A stretch of DNA of 64,000 nt, taken from an uncultured virus (IMG/VR IMGVR_UViG_3300025120_000022) (lineage: Duplodnaviria > Heunggongvirae > Uroviricota > Caudoviricetes). Below are positions 9,123-19,143 of this stretch, one piece after another. Position numbers and translations under genes: made by a program. Each line of letters begins with the position of its first letter. The stretch's first letter is position 1. The notes beneath the pieces are model-generated. The model had not been told where the DNA came from. It searched no databases and worked only from the letters and a program-made list of their open reading frames with translations. Location: IMG/VR virus record IMGVR_UViG_3300025120_000022; one strand, given 5' to 3'.

Positions 9123-10838
9123 ATGATAATCTTCAAGCAAATTCGGTGGAAGAACTTACTCTCAACGGGTAATAACTTTACTGAAATTGATTTAACGGAA
9201 GCACAGACAAGTTTGATTGTCGGAACAAATGGAGCCGGGAAGTCAACCGTTTTAGACGCTCTGACGTTTGTTCTGTTCAATAAACCATTCCGTAAGATCA
9301 CCAAACCTCAACTTGTTAATACAGTTAACGAAAAGGATTGTTTGGTTGAGATTGAGTTCTCGACAGGTATAACTGATTGGAAAGTTATTCGTGGTATCAA
9401 ACCAAACATCTTTGAGATTTACAAGAACGACCAGATGCTTGATAAGGCAGCAGCAAATGCTGATCAGCAGAAGTGGTTGGAGGAGAATGTATTAAAGATG
9501 AACTATAAGTCATTCACTCAGATTGTGATTCTGGGTAGTGCATCTTTCGTTCCATTCATGCAACTTTCTACTGCAAATCGTCGTGAGATTATTGAGGATC
9601 TGCTGGACATTAAGATTTTCTCATTCATGAGTAATATTCTTCGTGAAAAGATTCGTAGTTCAAATGAGGATATTCGTGAACTGACTATCCGTAAGGATCT
9701 GGTAGAAGAGAAGATTGATATGCAGAAGTCATTCATCTCTGATCTGGAGGAGACTGGTAAGAAGAATATCCAAGATAAAAAGAATAAGATTAAAGAGTTT
9801 GCTGGTAATGTAGATGACCTGGTAAAGGAGATTGAAACACATGGTGATAAGTTGAAAGAAGTAGAAGATCAAATGGAAGTGTCTTCAGGTTCTAATAAAA
9901 AACTTAAGAAACTTGGAACACTTCGTGGTAAACTACAACAGAAAGTATCAACAATTACTAAGGAACATAAATTTTTTGCAGAGAATACGGTATGCCCAAC
10001 CTGTGATCAGCATATCGAAGAATCATTTAGATTAAATAGAATTAATGATGCAGCATCAAAAGCAAAGGAACTCCAACAGGGGTTCACGGAGTTGGAAGAG
10101 GCGATCAGACTTGAAGAGGAAAAAGAAAACCAATTCAAGGTTCTTTCTAAAGAGGCAACTAACCTAACGCATGAAATTTCTAAAGCAAATACTAGGATTT
10201 CAGGATTGCATAACAGATCGAGAGATCTTGAAACGGAAATTCAAATTATTACCGAACAACTTGAGAACCGAAATACTGAGCACCATGCATTAGAAAAACT
10301 AGTTACAGAACTGGAGGAACTCCAATCTAAACACTCCCAACAAAAAGAGAATAACGTCTACAACGAATTTGCACATTCTTTAATGAAGGATGGAGGAGTA
10401 AAATCCAAAATTATTAAGAGATATCTGCCTCTTATGAATCAGCAGATCAATAAGTATCTTCAGTTGATGGACTTCTATATTAACTTCTCTCTGGACGAAG
10501 ATTTCAAAGAGACTGTAAAGTCCCCGATACATGAAGATTTTAGTTATGAATCATTCAGCGAAGGGGAGAAGATGAGAATTGACTTGTCTCTCCTCTTTAC
10601 CTGGCGAGAGATTGCTAAAAGAAAGAACTCTGCTAGCACCAATCTCTTGATCCTGGATGAGATCTTTGATAGTTCACTCGATGGATTTGGAACAGAGTAT
10701 TTCACAAAGATCATTAAGTATGTTGTAAATGATGCGAACGTCTTCGTCATTTCACACAAGACTGATGAACTTATGGATAAGTTTGACAATATCATAAAAT
10801 TTGATAAAGTAAAAGGGTTCAGCAAAAAAGTTTCATAG
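9123..10838 (+). CDS. g46: Recombination ATPase gp46 (Rad50/SbcC-like)
   Basis: GTNGAGKS, CPTC zinc hook, FSEGE signature, LILDE; TTGACG-17-TAGAAT promoter at 9072-9100. Confidence 0.95.
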   Translation: MIIFKQIRWKNLLSTGNNFTEIDLTEAQTSLIVGTNGAGKSTVLDALTFVLFNKPFRKITKPQLVNTVNEKDCLVEIEFSTGITDWKVIRGIKPNIFEIYKNDQMLDKAAANADQQKWLEENVLKMNYKSFTQIVILGSASFVPFMQLSTANRREIIEDLLDIKIFSFMSNILREKIRSSNEDIRELTIRKDLVEEKIDMQKSFISDLEETGKKNIQDKKNKIKEFAGNVDDLVKEIETHGDKLKEVEDQMEVSSGSNKKLKKLGTLRGKLQQKVSTITKEHKFFAENTVCPTCDQHIEESFRLNRINDAASKAKELQQGFTELEEAIRLEEEKENQFKVLSKEATNLTHEISKANTRISGLHNRSRDLETEIQIITEQLENRNTEHHALEKLVTELEELQSKHSQQKENNVYNEFAHSLMKDGGVKSKIIKRYLPLMNQQINKYLQLMDFYINFSLDEDFKETVKSPIHEDFSYESFSEGEKMRIDLSLLFTWREIAKRKNSASTNLLILDEIFDSSLDGFGTEYFTKIIKYVVNDANVFVISHKTDELMDKFDNIIKFDKVKGFSKKVS

Positions 10839-10846
10839 GTATTTCC

Positions 10847-11053
10847 ATGACAACCCCTAACTGGCAACACCATTCTAAGAAGGAGCAGAAACGGACTCTC
10901 AAACCACAAGCAGTGAGAGCACGGAAGGAAGCACTCAGACAGTTTAAAAAGAGTCACATGATCCTGCCCAAGAGGCGGGATTCGTTGTATTATGAGTCCA
11001 TACGAAAAAACAACGATGACTGTTTCCCACGAGATCAAGTCGCAACTTGCTAA
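10847..11053 (+). CDS. Small basic hypothetical protein
   Basis: PNWQHHSKK...LKPQA..ARK. Confidence 0.5.
   Translation: MTTPNWQHHSKKEQKRTLKPQAVRARKEALRQFKKSHMILPKRRDSLYYESIRKNNDDCFPRDQVATC
10938..10993 (+). promoter_or_regulatory. Box-hairpin-(-10) early-type promoter
   Basis: GACAGTTTAAAAAGAGTC box, ATCCTGCC/GGCGGGAT hairpin, TATTAT -10. Confidence 0.55.
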
Positions 11054-13157
11054 ACTTCTGGCAACCGAAGACTTGGTTGTGGAGAACAAGAATGTAGAGA
11101 CTGCATGTTTCAATGTTCATACCCGTGTCCTGACTCTGCCCAATTGGAAGAATGCAACTCCTGTTGTCTACGATCTTCTGGTTGGGCATGAGGTCGGACA
11201 TGCCCTTTATACTCCTGATATTGATTGGATTGTAGATCGTAATATTCCCCCACAGTTCGTGAACGTTGTAGAAGATGTTCGCATTGAAAAACTGATGAAG
11301 CGTCGATATCCTGGTCTCTCTAAATCTTTTTTTAAGGGATATGAACAATTGAGTGGTGAAGATTTCTTCCAGACTAATGATGAAGATCTGTCTCTGCTTA
11401 ACCTGGCAGACAAGATTAATTTGTTCTATAAGATCGGTAACTTCATAAATGTTCCCTTTGAGAACGATAAAGAGAATAATCTTAAGGAGCGATCTGGCGA
11501 GACCGAGACCTTTGATGAAGTATTGGATATTGCAGAAGAGATCTACAAGTATTGCCTGGACCAGAAAGAACAAGAGAGTAAAATTAACTTTGATAATCAC
11601 GAAATGCCTCAGGGATCTTCTGGTGGTGATGACGGTGAAGATGTAGAGCAGGAGCAGGAATATACTTCAGGTGGGGGTGATACTCAATCTTTTGATTCTG
11701 AAGAGACTGGTGATGAGATGTCTGATATCAATGATCAGCAACAGGGTATGTCTGGGGGTGTAACTTCTGATCCTGATGTGAAGACCATGAGTGCATTTGA
11801 TGATGCTGTTCGTGAGAATTTACTGGATCAGGATGCTTATGATAATGTATATGCAGAACTACCCGAGTTAAATCTTGATCGAATTATTATTCCTAATTCC
11901 AAGATACATCAATTATGTGAAGAACAGTGGTCAGAAGAATCTACACCATTGTTGTTCTTTCAATATGTCGATGAGGCATTTAACAAGTTTAAGCGTAGTG
12001 CCCAGAAAGAAGTTAATTATCTGGTGAAGGAGTTTGAGTGCCGTAAGTCTGCTGCTGCATATGCTCGTGCGTCAACTTCTAAGACAGGAGTTCTTGACTG
12101 CACCAAACTTCATACATACAAATACAATGAAGACCTTTTCAAAAAGGTCACAACATTTGCTGATGGTAAGAATCACGGTCTGGTATTTGTACTTGATTGG
12201 TCTGGTTCAATGGGCAATGTGATGCTTGATACTATGAAGCAACTCTTCAACCTCATATGGTTCTGTAAAAAAGTTGGTATTCCTTTCGATGTCTATGCAT
12301 TTACTAACGACTATCCTCGTGACGACGGGATGGGTATTGCTGAATTATCCTACAAAAAGAAAGACGGATTAGTTCGAGTTAGTGAGTCTTTCTCAATGTT
12401 GAATATTCTCACTAGTAAAGTAAAGTCTAAGGAACTTGAACAGCAGATGCTACACATGTTCCGTATGGCATATCACTTTAGTGCTAATTGGGGAGTACCA
12501 TATTCCATTCCTGTGGGATTGTATCTTTCTGGAACTCCTCTTAATGAGGCACTGATTACTTTAAAACAAATTATCCCTCAATTCAAGTGTAATACCAATG
12601 TGGAGAAGGTTCAGTGTGTGATTCTGACTGATGGTGAGGCACCTCCTCTTAAGTATCATAAAGAGTTTCAAGGTAGATTCCAACACAGCGTTGAACCGTA
12701 TCTCGGAGTCAATAGTCTTAATGGAGATTCATTTATACGTGATCGTAAAACTGGACACACATATTCTATGATGCAAGACTGGAATGATCAGTCAAGATTC
12801 AGTCATACTGGTTCGATGCTCAAACTTCTTCGTAACCGTATGCCTTCAGTCAACTTTATTGGTATTCGTGTTCTTGCTTCTCGTGATGCAAACTGCTTCA
12901 TCCGTCAACATGCACCAGACTTTAAAGAATACGATAGAATTTCACGTCAATGGAAAAAAGAAAAGTCATTCACTCTTACTGAGTCTGGATACCATAAGTA
13001 CTTCGGGTTGTCTTCTACTGCAATGAATCAGGACACAGAGTTTGAAGTCAAAGAGGACGCTACAAAGACACAGATCAAGACTGCTTTTGTTAAGAGTCTG
13101 AGAACCAAGAAGATGAATAAAAAAGTTTTAGGTGAGTTTATCGAACTCATTGCATAA
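11016..13157 (+). CDS. HExxH plus vWA (MIDAS) domain protein, CobT-like partner of the AAA+ ATPase
   Basis: HEVGH, acidic linker, DWSGSM, SGTPL, LTDGE. Confidence 0.8.
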   Translation: MTVSHEIKSQLAKLLATEDLVVENKNVETACFNVHTRVLTLPNWKNATPVVYDLLVGHEVGHALYTPDIDWIVDRNIPPQFVNVVEDVRIEKLMKRRYPGLSKSFFKGYEQLSGEDFFQTNDEDLSLLNLADKINLFYKIGNFINVPFENDKENNLKERSGETETFDEVLDIAEEIYKYCLDQKEQESKINFDNHEMPQGSSGGDDGEDVEQEQEYTSGGGDTQSFDSEETGDEMSDINDQQQGMSGGVTSDPDVKTMSAFDDAVRENLLDQDAYDNVYAELPELNLDRIIIPNSKIHQLCEEQWSEESTPLLFFQYVDEAFNKFKRSAQKEVNYLVKEFECRKSAAAYARASTSKTGVLDCTKLHTYKYNEDLFKKVTTFADGKNHGLVFVLDWSGSMGNVMLDTMKQLFNLIWFCKKVGIPFDVYAFTNDYPRDDGMGIAELSYKKKDGLVRVSESFSMLNILTSKVKSKELEQQMLHMFRMAYHFSANWGVPYSIPVGLYLSGTPLNEALITLKQIIPQFKCNTNVEKVQCVILTDGEAPPLKYHKEFQGRFQHSVEPYLGVNSLNGDSFIRDRKTGHTYSMMQDWNDQSRFSHTGSMLKLLRNRMPSVNFIGIRVLASRDANCFIRQHAPDFKEYDRISRQWKKEKSFTLTESGYHKYFGLSSTAMNQDTEFEVKEDATKTQIKTAFVKSLRTKKMNKKVLGEFIELIA

Positions 13158-13184
13158 ATATTTAAAACCTCATCATTTAAAGCT

Positions 13185-13403
13185 ATGTCTAAATTCGGAG
13201 ATTTAGTTAAGGGAAAGAACGAAGCACCAGCGGCCGCTTCTCCCACTCCTCCTGCACCCGTAGCAGTACCCACACCTGCTGCAAAGGCAGTTGGTGATAT
13301 GTCCAAAGTTGAACTTGAAGAACTTGGTCGCACCAAAGGTATCGAACTTGACCGCCGTAAGAGCAAGTCGAAACTTATCAAGGAACTCAAGGACATTGGG
13401 TGA
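13185..13403 (+). CDS. Small late protein with Pro/Ala linker and helix-extended-helix (Rho-N/LEM-like) C-terminus
   Basis: DMSKVELEELGRTKGIELDRRKSKSKLIKEL; CATAAATA at 13153. Confidence 0.55.
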   Translation: MSKFGDLVKGKNEAPAAASPTPPAPVAVPTPAAKAVGDMSKVELEELGRTKGIELDRRKSKSKLIKELKDIG

Positions 13404-13404
13404 A

Positions 13405-13459
13405 CCAATCTTACAACTGTCTGAATGGGGGTCACAAGACCCCCTTTTTGGTCTATAAT
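13405..13459 (+). promoter_or_regulatory. Box-hairpin-(-10) early-type promoter with terminator-like hairpin
   Basis: CCAATCTTACAACTGTC box, GGGGGTC-ACAA-GACCCCC-T5, TATAAT. Confidence 0.6.
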
Positions 13460-13489
13460 AACTTCAGTTGAAACAAAGCACACAACATC

Positions 13490-14596
13490 ATGTCTCTCTC
13501 TTCCGAGTATATTCGCACTTCACTTCAATCCATGTATGGCGAGTCTGTCACCAGTGGCGATATTCGAGCATGGTGTGCAATGAATGGTGCTAACTATCAA
13601 ACCGTTTCTAAAAAAATTGACGAATATAAAACTGGTCGCGGTAAGTGGAATCTGAGCGTGCCTGAACAACTTGAACAAAACTATCAGGCACCCCCTGCAA
13701 TGCCTGTAATTGAACAGAATCTAATTCCTGATAAAGATGATACTTTCGTCAAGTTTGGTAATTTCGGTGATCTTAAAAAAATTATTCAGTCCCGTCTATT
13801 TTATCCAGCGTTCATTACTGGTCTCTCTGGTAATGGTAAAACGTTCTCGGTTGAGCAAGCATGTGCTCAATTGGGTAGAGAACTTATCCGTGTAAACATT
13901 ACTATCGAAACAGATGAAGATGATCTTATTGGCGGTTTCCGTCTTGTTAATGGCGAAACCGTCTGGCACAATGGCCCAGTCATTGAAGCACTCCAGCGAG
14001 GAGCTGTCTTGCTCCTTGACGAGATCGACCTTGCCTCTAATAAAATTCTCTGTCTCCAGAGTATCCTTGAAGGAAATGGAATCTTTCTCAAGAAAATTGG
14101 GAAGTTTGTACACCCCACTGCAGGTTTCAATGTCATCGCAACCGCAAACACTAAAGGTAAAGGTTCAGACGACGGACGATTCATTGGAACTAACGTGCTC
14201 AATGAAGCATTCCTTGAGCGATTCCCAGTAACATTTGAGCAGCAGTATCCTAGCGTCAAGACTGAGCAGAAAATTCTCGAAAACATTTCTCAAACTTTGA
14301 ATGTTGATAATGTAGACTTCTGTAAGCATCTGGTCGATTGGGGTGACATCATCCGTAAAACCTTTTATGATGGTGGTATCGAAGAGATCATCAGCACCCG
14401 TCGTCTGGTCCATATCATTCGTGCTTACAGCATCTTTAATGATAAGGCAAAGGCAATTCAAGTTTGCGTCAATCGTTTTGATGATGAAACCAAGCAGGCA
14501 TTCATGGAACTCTATGATAAAGTTGATGCAGATTTCGCCATTTCGTCAGAAGATGAAGATCGTATCTACGTAATTGACAACACCAATATAATCTGA
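13490..14596 (+). CDS. cobS: CobS-like / MoxR-family AAA+ ATPase
   Basis: GLSGNGKT, LLLDEID, ATANTKG, NEAFLERF, STRRL. Confidence 0.85.
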   Translation: MSLSSEYIRTSLQSMYGESVTSGDIRAWCAMNGANYQTVSKKIDEYKTGRGKWNLSVPEQLEQNYQAPPAMPVIEQNLIPDKDDTFVKFGNFGDLKKIIQSRLFYPAFITGLSGNGKTFSVEQACAQLGRELIRVNITIETDEDDLIGGFRLVNGETVWHNGPVIEALQRGAVLLLDEIDLASNKILCLQSILEGNGIFLKKIGKFVHPTAGFNVIATANTKGKGSDDGRFIGTNVLNEAFLERFPVTFEQQYPSVKTEQKILENISQTLNVDNVDFCKHLVDWGDIIRKTFYDGGIEEIISTRRLVHIIRAYSIFNDKAKAIQVCVNRFDDETKQAFMELYDKVDADFAISSEDEDRIYVIDNTNII

Positions 14597-14600
14597 TATA

Positions 14601-15047
14601 ATGACGAATGCTTGGTCCCTACTTTATGATGAAATGATAGAACATTCAAAGTATTATTATGATTACGATCGTAATAGAGATGCATCAGATCCATCCATGC
14701 CGCCATGGGGTCATAGTGATCTAGAATATCAAATTAACCTTCACATGAACAAAGAATCTACACGCTACAAGTATAGTGAGGAAGAAATAATTAAAGAGTT
14801 ACAAGAGTACATCGGTGGAACATATCAACAGCATTATTCTGCTGGTTCTGATAAGATTCAAACTCTTGATTTAATTGAAGCATGTGGTGATGGTGAGGCA
14901 TTCTGCCGATCTAATATCCTCAAGTATGCTTCTCGCTACGACAAGAAAGGAACTGCCCGCCGTGACATTATGAAGATTCTGCACTATGCTGTGCTTCTGA
15001 TGCATTTCAACGACAAGAACGCCCAACGTGAAATTTACAATCAATGA
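14601..15047 (+). CDS. DUF3310-like conserved phage protein
   Basis: HYS...IQTLDLI..FCRSNILKYASRYDKKG...DIMKILHY. Confidence 0.6.
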   Translation: MTNAWSLLYDEMIEHSKYYYDYDRNRDASDPSMPPWGHSDLEYQINLHMNKESTRYKYSEEEIIKELQEYIGGTYQQHYSAGSDKIQTLDLIEACGDGEAFCRSNILKYASRYDKKGTARRDIMKILHYAVLLMHFNDKNAQREIYNQ

Positions 15048-15718
15048 CTATGAAACTCTCCGAAAAAACTGTCAACCTTTTGAAGAACTTTGCTTCTATC
15101 AACCAGTCTATTGCATTCAAGAAGGGCACTACTCTCCGCACTATGTCTGTGATGAAGAACATCTTAGCAGAGGCAAAAATTGAAGAAGAGATCCCTCAGG
15201 ACTTTGCAATTTATGATCTGGTTCAATTCTTGAACGGTGTTACTCTACACGACAACCCCTCTATTGAATTCCCCAACCAGTCAAACCTGACTATTCGCGA
15301 GGGCAAGGACCGTAAGACCAAGTATTTCTTTGCCGACCCTAGTGTAATTGTTTCTCCTCCTGAAAAGTCCATCACACTTCCCACAGAAGATGTATGCTTC
15401 AAACTTGATAGCACTCAACTCCAGTCTCTCTTAAAAGCATCTGCTGTCTATCAACTCCCAGATTTGGTTGCAGTTGGAGAAGCAGGTGTCGTTAAATTAG
15501 TTGTTCGTGATAAAAAGAATGACACATCTAATGAGTACTCGATCACCGTTGGAGAAACCAATCTAGAGTTTGCTTTTAACTTTAAGGTAGAAAATATTAA
15601 AATTCTTCCTGGAACTTATGAGGTTGTAATCTCAGAAAAACTCCTTGCTAGATTTGTAAGTACCAATGTTGATCTCACATATTACATCGCGCTTGAACCG
15701 GACTCCACCTTCGGTTGA
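15044..15718 (+). CDS. g45: Sliding clamp gp45
   Basis: LLKNFASINQSI, FAIYDL..FL, YYIALE. Confidence 0.95.
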   Translation: MTMKLSEKTVNLLKNFASINQSIAFKKGTTLRTMSVMKNILAEAKIEEEIPQDFAIYDLVQFLNGVTLHDNPSIEFPNQSNLTIREGKDRKTKYFFADPSVIVSPPEKSITLPTEDVCFKLDSTQLQSLLKASAVYQLPDLVAVGEAGVVKLVVRDKKNDTSNEYSITVGETNLEFAFNFKVENIKILPGTYEVVISEKLLARFVSTNVDLTYYIALEPDSTFG

Positions 15719-15917
15719 TGTCCCTATGAGAGTATTAGGCAGTGGTCTTGTGATTATTGCTTATTTTATTATTCTCCACATCAATACAACACTTGGTGTT
15801 GTACTGCAGATGGTAGGTGATAGTATTTCAATTCCTTACTTTATACGGACAAACTCTTGGGATGTTGTTATTATGGTTACATTCCTCCTAGTGATTTCCC
15901 TAACACATTTATTATGA
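15666..15917 (+). CDS. Small membrane protein (true start probably downstream)
   Basis: Hydrophobic segments. Confidence 0.45.
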   Translation: MLISHITSRLNRTPPSVDVPMRVLGSGLVIIAYFIILHINTTLGVVLQMVGDSISIPYFIRTNSWDVVIMVTFLLVISLTHLL

Positions 15918-16426
15918 ACATCTTTGTGACGGACGAAAGTCCCTGGCGTTGTGCTGAGGTTCTACCTGATAAGCATATCGTCAAGATGCCCCTAGAGACC
16001 TGTCAGATGCTCTCTATCATTGCCTCAAATAAGTGGGGGCATGGTTACGGTACTCTTCCCAAAGCAGACGGTACACCCTATGCTACAGAGAAGGGAGCGT
16101 TTCGTAATCACCCTTGCACCAAGTGGGCAAATGAGACTATAGAAAACACTCGATGGTTGTTTACTCACGGTATTGCATTATGTGAAGAGTACTTTACTCG
16201 ATATGGTAAAATCCATACTTGCTTCAAGACTCTCCTTGCTGCTGATGAAATCATTCCTTATGTAAAATGGGATGATCACACTCCCTTCGTTCGTGCTATG
16301 CCTGAAGAGTACAAGTTTGATGATAGTATCTCTACCATCGAAGCATACAAGATGTATATTGCATCTAAACCTTGGGCAGCAGAAAACTATCTGCGTATTC
16401 CTGAGCGTAAACCTGATTGGATTTGA
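15914..16426 (+). CDS. Pyrimidine-dimer DNA glycosylase-like protein
   Basis: MNIF, DKHIVKMPLETCQML, NHPCTKW, AMPEEYK. Confidence 0.65.
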   Translation: MNIFVTDESPWRCAEVLPDKHIVKMPLETCQMLSIIASNKWGHGYGTLPKADGTPYATEKGAFRNHPCTKWANETIENTRWLFTHGIALCEEYFTRYGKIHTCFKTLLAADEIIPYVKWDDHTPFVRAMPEEYKFDDSISTIEAYKMYIASKPWAAENYLRIPERKPDWI

Positions 16427-16428
16427 TT

Positions 16429-16584
16429 ATGAACATACCTGTTGACCGCATTGCAGATGCCCTTGAAAGAATTGCAAACTCTTTGGAGCATCTACATATT
16501 GAATCAATTGACCATGCCCACATAGATGAGATAGAACATAATCATGTTGAGGGCGATCTCAATACTCACAGTAAAACTTGGTGA
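16429..16584 (+). CDS. 51-aa His-repeat protein (not in the ORF track)
   Basis: MNIPVDRIADALERIANSLEHLHIESIDHAHIDEIEHNHVEGDLNTHSKTW fills the gap before g44. Confidence 0.6.
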   Translation: MNIPVDRIADALERIANSLEHLHIESIDHAHIDEIEHNHVEGDLNTHSKTW

Positions 16585-16591
16585 CTAAATT

Positions 16592-17533
16592 ATGAGTAAC
16601 TTTATTTGGGTCGAGAAGTATCGACCACAGACCATTCAGGAATGTATCCTTCCTGAAGATACAAAGAAAATGTTCCAAGATTTTCTAAATAAGGGTGAGA
16701 TTCCCAACATGCTGCTCGCAGGTCCTCCAGGAATCGGTAAGACTACAGTAGCAAAAGCACTGTGCAAAGAACTAGGAGTAGATTATTATGTCATCAATGG
16801 GTCCGATGAAGGACGATTCTTGGATACTGTCCGAAACAATGCGAAGAATTTCGCTTCGACCGTATCGCTTCAAGCAACTTCAAAACACAAAGTCATCATC
16901 ATTGATGAAGCAGATAATACATCCAATGATGTACAACTCTGTTTACGGGCGTTTATTGAGGAGTTTGCTGGTAACTGCAGATTCATCTTCACCTGTAACT
17001 ATAAAAATAAAATTCTTGAACCGCTCCACTCCCGATGTACAGTCGTTGAGTTCGGAATCAAAGGAAAAGAAAGAGCAAAGATTGCCAACGGTTTCTTCCT
17101 TAGACTTCAAGAAATTCTCACAGGCGAAGGTATCGAGTACCAAAACAAAGTACTCATTGAACTCATCGGGAAGCACTTCCCCGATTGGAGACGTGTCCTT
17201 AACGAGTGTCAACGATACTCCGTGGCTGGAAAGATTGATTCGGGGATCCTTGCGTCGTTTGGGGATATCGCGGTAAATGACCTTGTTAAGAATATTAAGG
17301 AAAAGAACTTTACTGAGGTACGTAAGTGGATCGTTTCTAACCTGGACAATGATCCTAACGTACTATTGCGTCGTGCTTACGATGCTCTTTACGAAGTTCT
17401 GGACGGTCCTAGTATTGCTGCTGCCGTGCTCATTGTTGCTAAGTATCAGTATCAATCGGCATTTGTCGCAGACCAAGAAATCAACCTCTTGGCGGCAATG
17501 ACTGAGATAATGGTTGAATGTGAGTTCAAATGA
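16592..17533 (+). CDS. g44: Clamp loader ATPase gp44
   Basis: WVEKYRP, GPPGIGKT, IIDEAD, SRC. Confidence 0.95.
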   Translation: MSNFIWVEKYRPQTIQECILPEDTKKMFQDFLNKGEIPNMLLAGPPGIGKTTVAKALCKELGVDYYVINGSDEGRFLDTVRNNAKNFASTVSLQATSKHKVIIIDEADNTSNDVQLCLRAFIEEFAGNCRFIFTCNYKNKILEPLHSRCTVVEFGIKGKERAKIANGFFLRLQEILTGEGIEYQNKVLIELIGKHFPDWRRVLNECQRYSVAGKIDSGILASFGDIAVNDLVKNIKEKNFTEVRKWIVSNLDNDPNVLLRRAYDALYEVLDGPSIAAAVLIVAKYQYQSAFVADQEINLLAAMTEIMVECEFK

Positions 17534-17718
17534 CACCCAATGAACTTGAAGAACTAAGGTATGATGTAGCACAACATATGCTTAGTAAGATGAGTGCTGG
17601 TTCTCAATTTCAATATGCATTAGATCGTATGCTTGAAATCTATGATAATTACTCAGAAGAAGAATTAAAAAAGATGTTACCTAAAACAAAGAAAAGGGGT
17701 AAAGGTGGAGGATTCTAA
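17530..17718 (+). CDS. Hypothetical protein
   Basis: Overlapping start/stop tiling. Confidence 0.5.
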   Translation: MTPNELEELRYDVAQHMLSKMSAGSQFQYALDRMLEIYDNYSEEELKKMLPKTKKRGKGGGF

Positions 17719-17900
17719 TGCCACATGAATTTGACCCTTGTGAAGCACCTGTTGATGGTGAAGTTGATAGGTGGGGGTTTACTATCAAACCTTCAATCTC
17801 AGACACTGCCGCCACTCTTATCTGTTTAATGAATGCTCCTTGTGGTACAGACAAGAAACAAATTGAAAGACTAATCAAACACTATAACGAATTAAAATGA
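17718..17900 (+). CDS. Hypothetical protein
   Basis: Overlapping start/stop tiling. Confidence 0.5.
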   Translation: MPHEFDPCEAPVDGEVDRWGFTIKPSISDTAATLICLMNAPCGTDKKQIERLIKHYNELK

Positions 17901-18181
17901 ATGTAAAACTGTTACGTATCAGCACTGGCGAAGAGATTGTTGCTGAGATTGTTGAAGAGAATGATGAGACCATCACTGTAAGGAATGGACTGGTCTGTGT
18001 CCCTCAGGCACAGAGTGTTGGATTTATCCCTTGGGCAACTGTCGTTGATAAACTGGAACCTGAGATTATAGTAGGAAGACAATTCATTGTTTATGTTGCA
18101 AAAGTTGACCCCACTGTAAAAAACAAGTATAGTGAGATGTTCGGTGGAGTCACCACACCTGATAAGAAACTCATTCTATGA
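17897..18181 (+). CDS. Sm-like conserved phage protein
   Basis: LLRISTGEEIVAE, FIPWA. Confidence 0.6.
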   Translation: MNVKLLRISTGEEIVAEIVEENDETITVRNGLVCVPQAQSVGFIPWATVVDKLEPEIIVGRQFIVYVAKVDPTVKNKYSEMFGGVTTPDKKLIL

Positions 18182-19023
18182 TGAAGTCATATAAGACACC
18201 TTTGAGGTATCCTGGCGGCAAGTCTCGTGCTTGCCTTAAGATGGATGTGTATTTTCCAGACCTGAGGGAATACAAAGAATATCACGAACCATTTCTTGGT
18301 GGCGGTAGTGTTGCTATTCACATCACTAAGAAGTATCCTCACCTAGACATCTGGGTGAATGATCTATATAAACCTCTATATAATTTCTGGAGAGTGTTAC
18401 AAGATTCTGGTGCTGATCTTGCTGAGATGATTGGTGAACTGAAGTCTCAGCATCCTGAACCTGTATCTGCAAAAGATTTATTTTTAAAGTCTAAGGAAAC
18501 TGTAAATGAATATACTGAATCGGATTTATCTCGCGCAGCTGCTTTTTATATTGTCAATAAGTGTTCTTTTTCTGGTCTCACCGAGTCGTCCTCCTTCAGC
18601 AAACAAGCAAGTGTCTCCAACTTCTCAATGCGAGGCATCGAAAAACTTCCAGGATACTCTCAACTAATCAAAGATTGGAAAATTACTAACCTCAGTTATG
18701 AAAAACTTCTCACAGACACCAAGTCTTGTTTCACCTACCTTGACCCCCCATACGACATACGAGATAACCTTTATGGAAGGAAGGGGAGTATGCATAACGG
18801 ATTCAACCACGACGATTTTGCTGCCGATTGTGATAGGTCTATTGGTCCTCAACTCATATCTTACAATTCGTCTCAACTGGTCAAAGAAAGGTTCCAAGGG
18901 TGGGAAGTAGGAGAGTTTGATCTTACATACACAATGAGATCTGTAGGTGAATATATGCGCGACCAAAAAGAACGAAAGGAACTTTTACTGTTTAATTATG
19001 ACAAACCCCAATCAGTTATATGA
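18178..19023 (+). CDS. dam: DNA adenine methyltransferase (Dam/D12 class)
   Basis: PLRYPGGKSR, EPFLGGGSV, YLDPPY. Confidence 0.9.
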   Translation: MMKSYKTPLRYPGGKSRACLKMDVYFPDLREYKEYHEPFLGGGSVAIHITKKYPHLDIWVNDLYKPLYNFWRVLQDSGADLAEMIGELKSQHPEPVSAKDLFLKSKETVNEYTESDLSRAAAFYIVNKCSFSGLTESSSFSKQASVSNFSMRGIEKLPGYSQLIKDWKITNLSYEKLLTDTKSCFTYLDPPYDIRDNLYGRKGSMHNGFNHDDFAADCDRSIGPQLISYNSSQLVKERFQGWEVGEFDLTYTMRSVGEYMRDQKERKELLLFNYDKPQSVI

Positions 19024-19143
19024 GGATATGGGAAAACTCAATGCACTCTATGAAGAGTTGCTTTGGGACCATGAAGATGTTCTTGAGTTTGTAGCAGATT
19101 ATAAGAACGATCAGATTATTATCAGGAACAAGACTAAGGACGA

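Noticed and set aside
13490..14596. Cobalamin biosynthesis role for cobS
   Set aside because: No cobN or other cob genes in the window; the context fits a MoxR/vWA pair.
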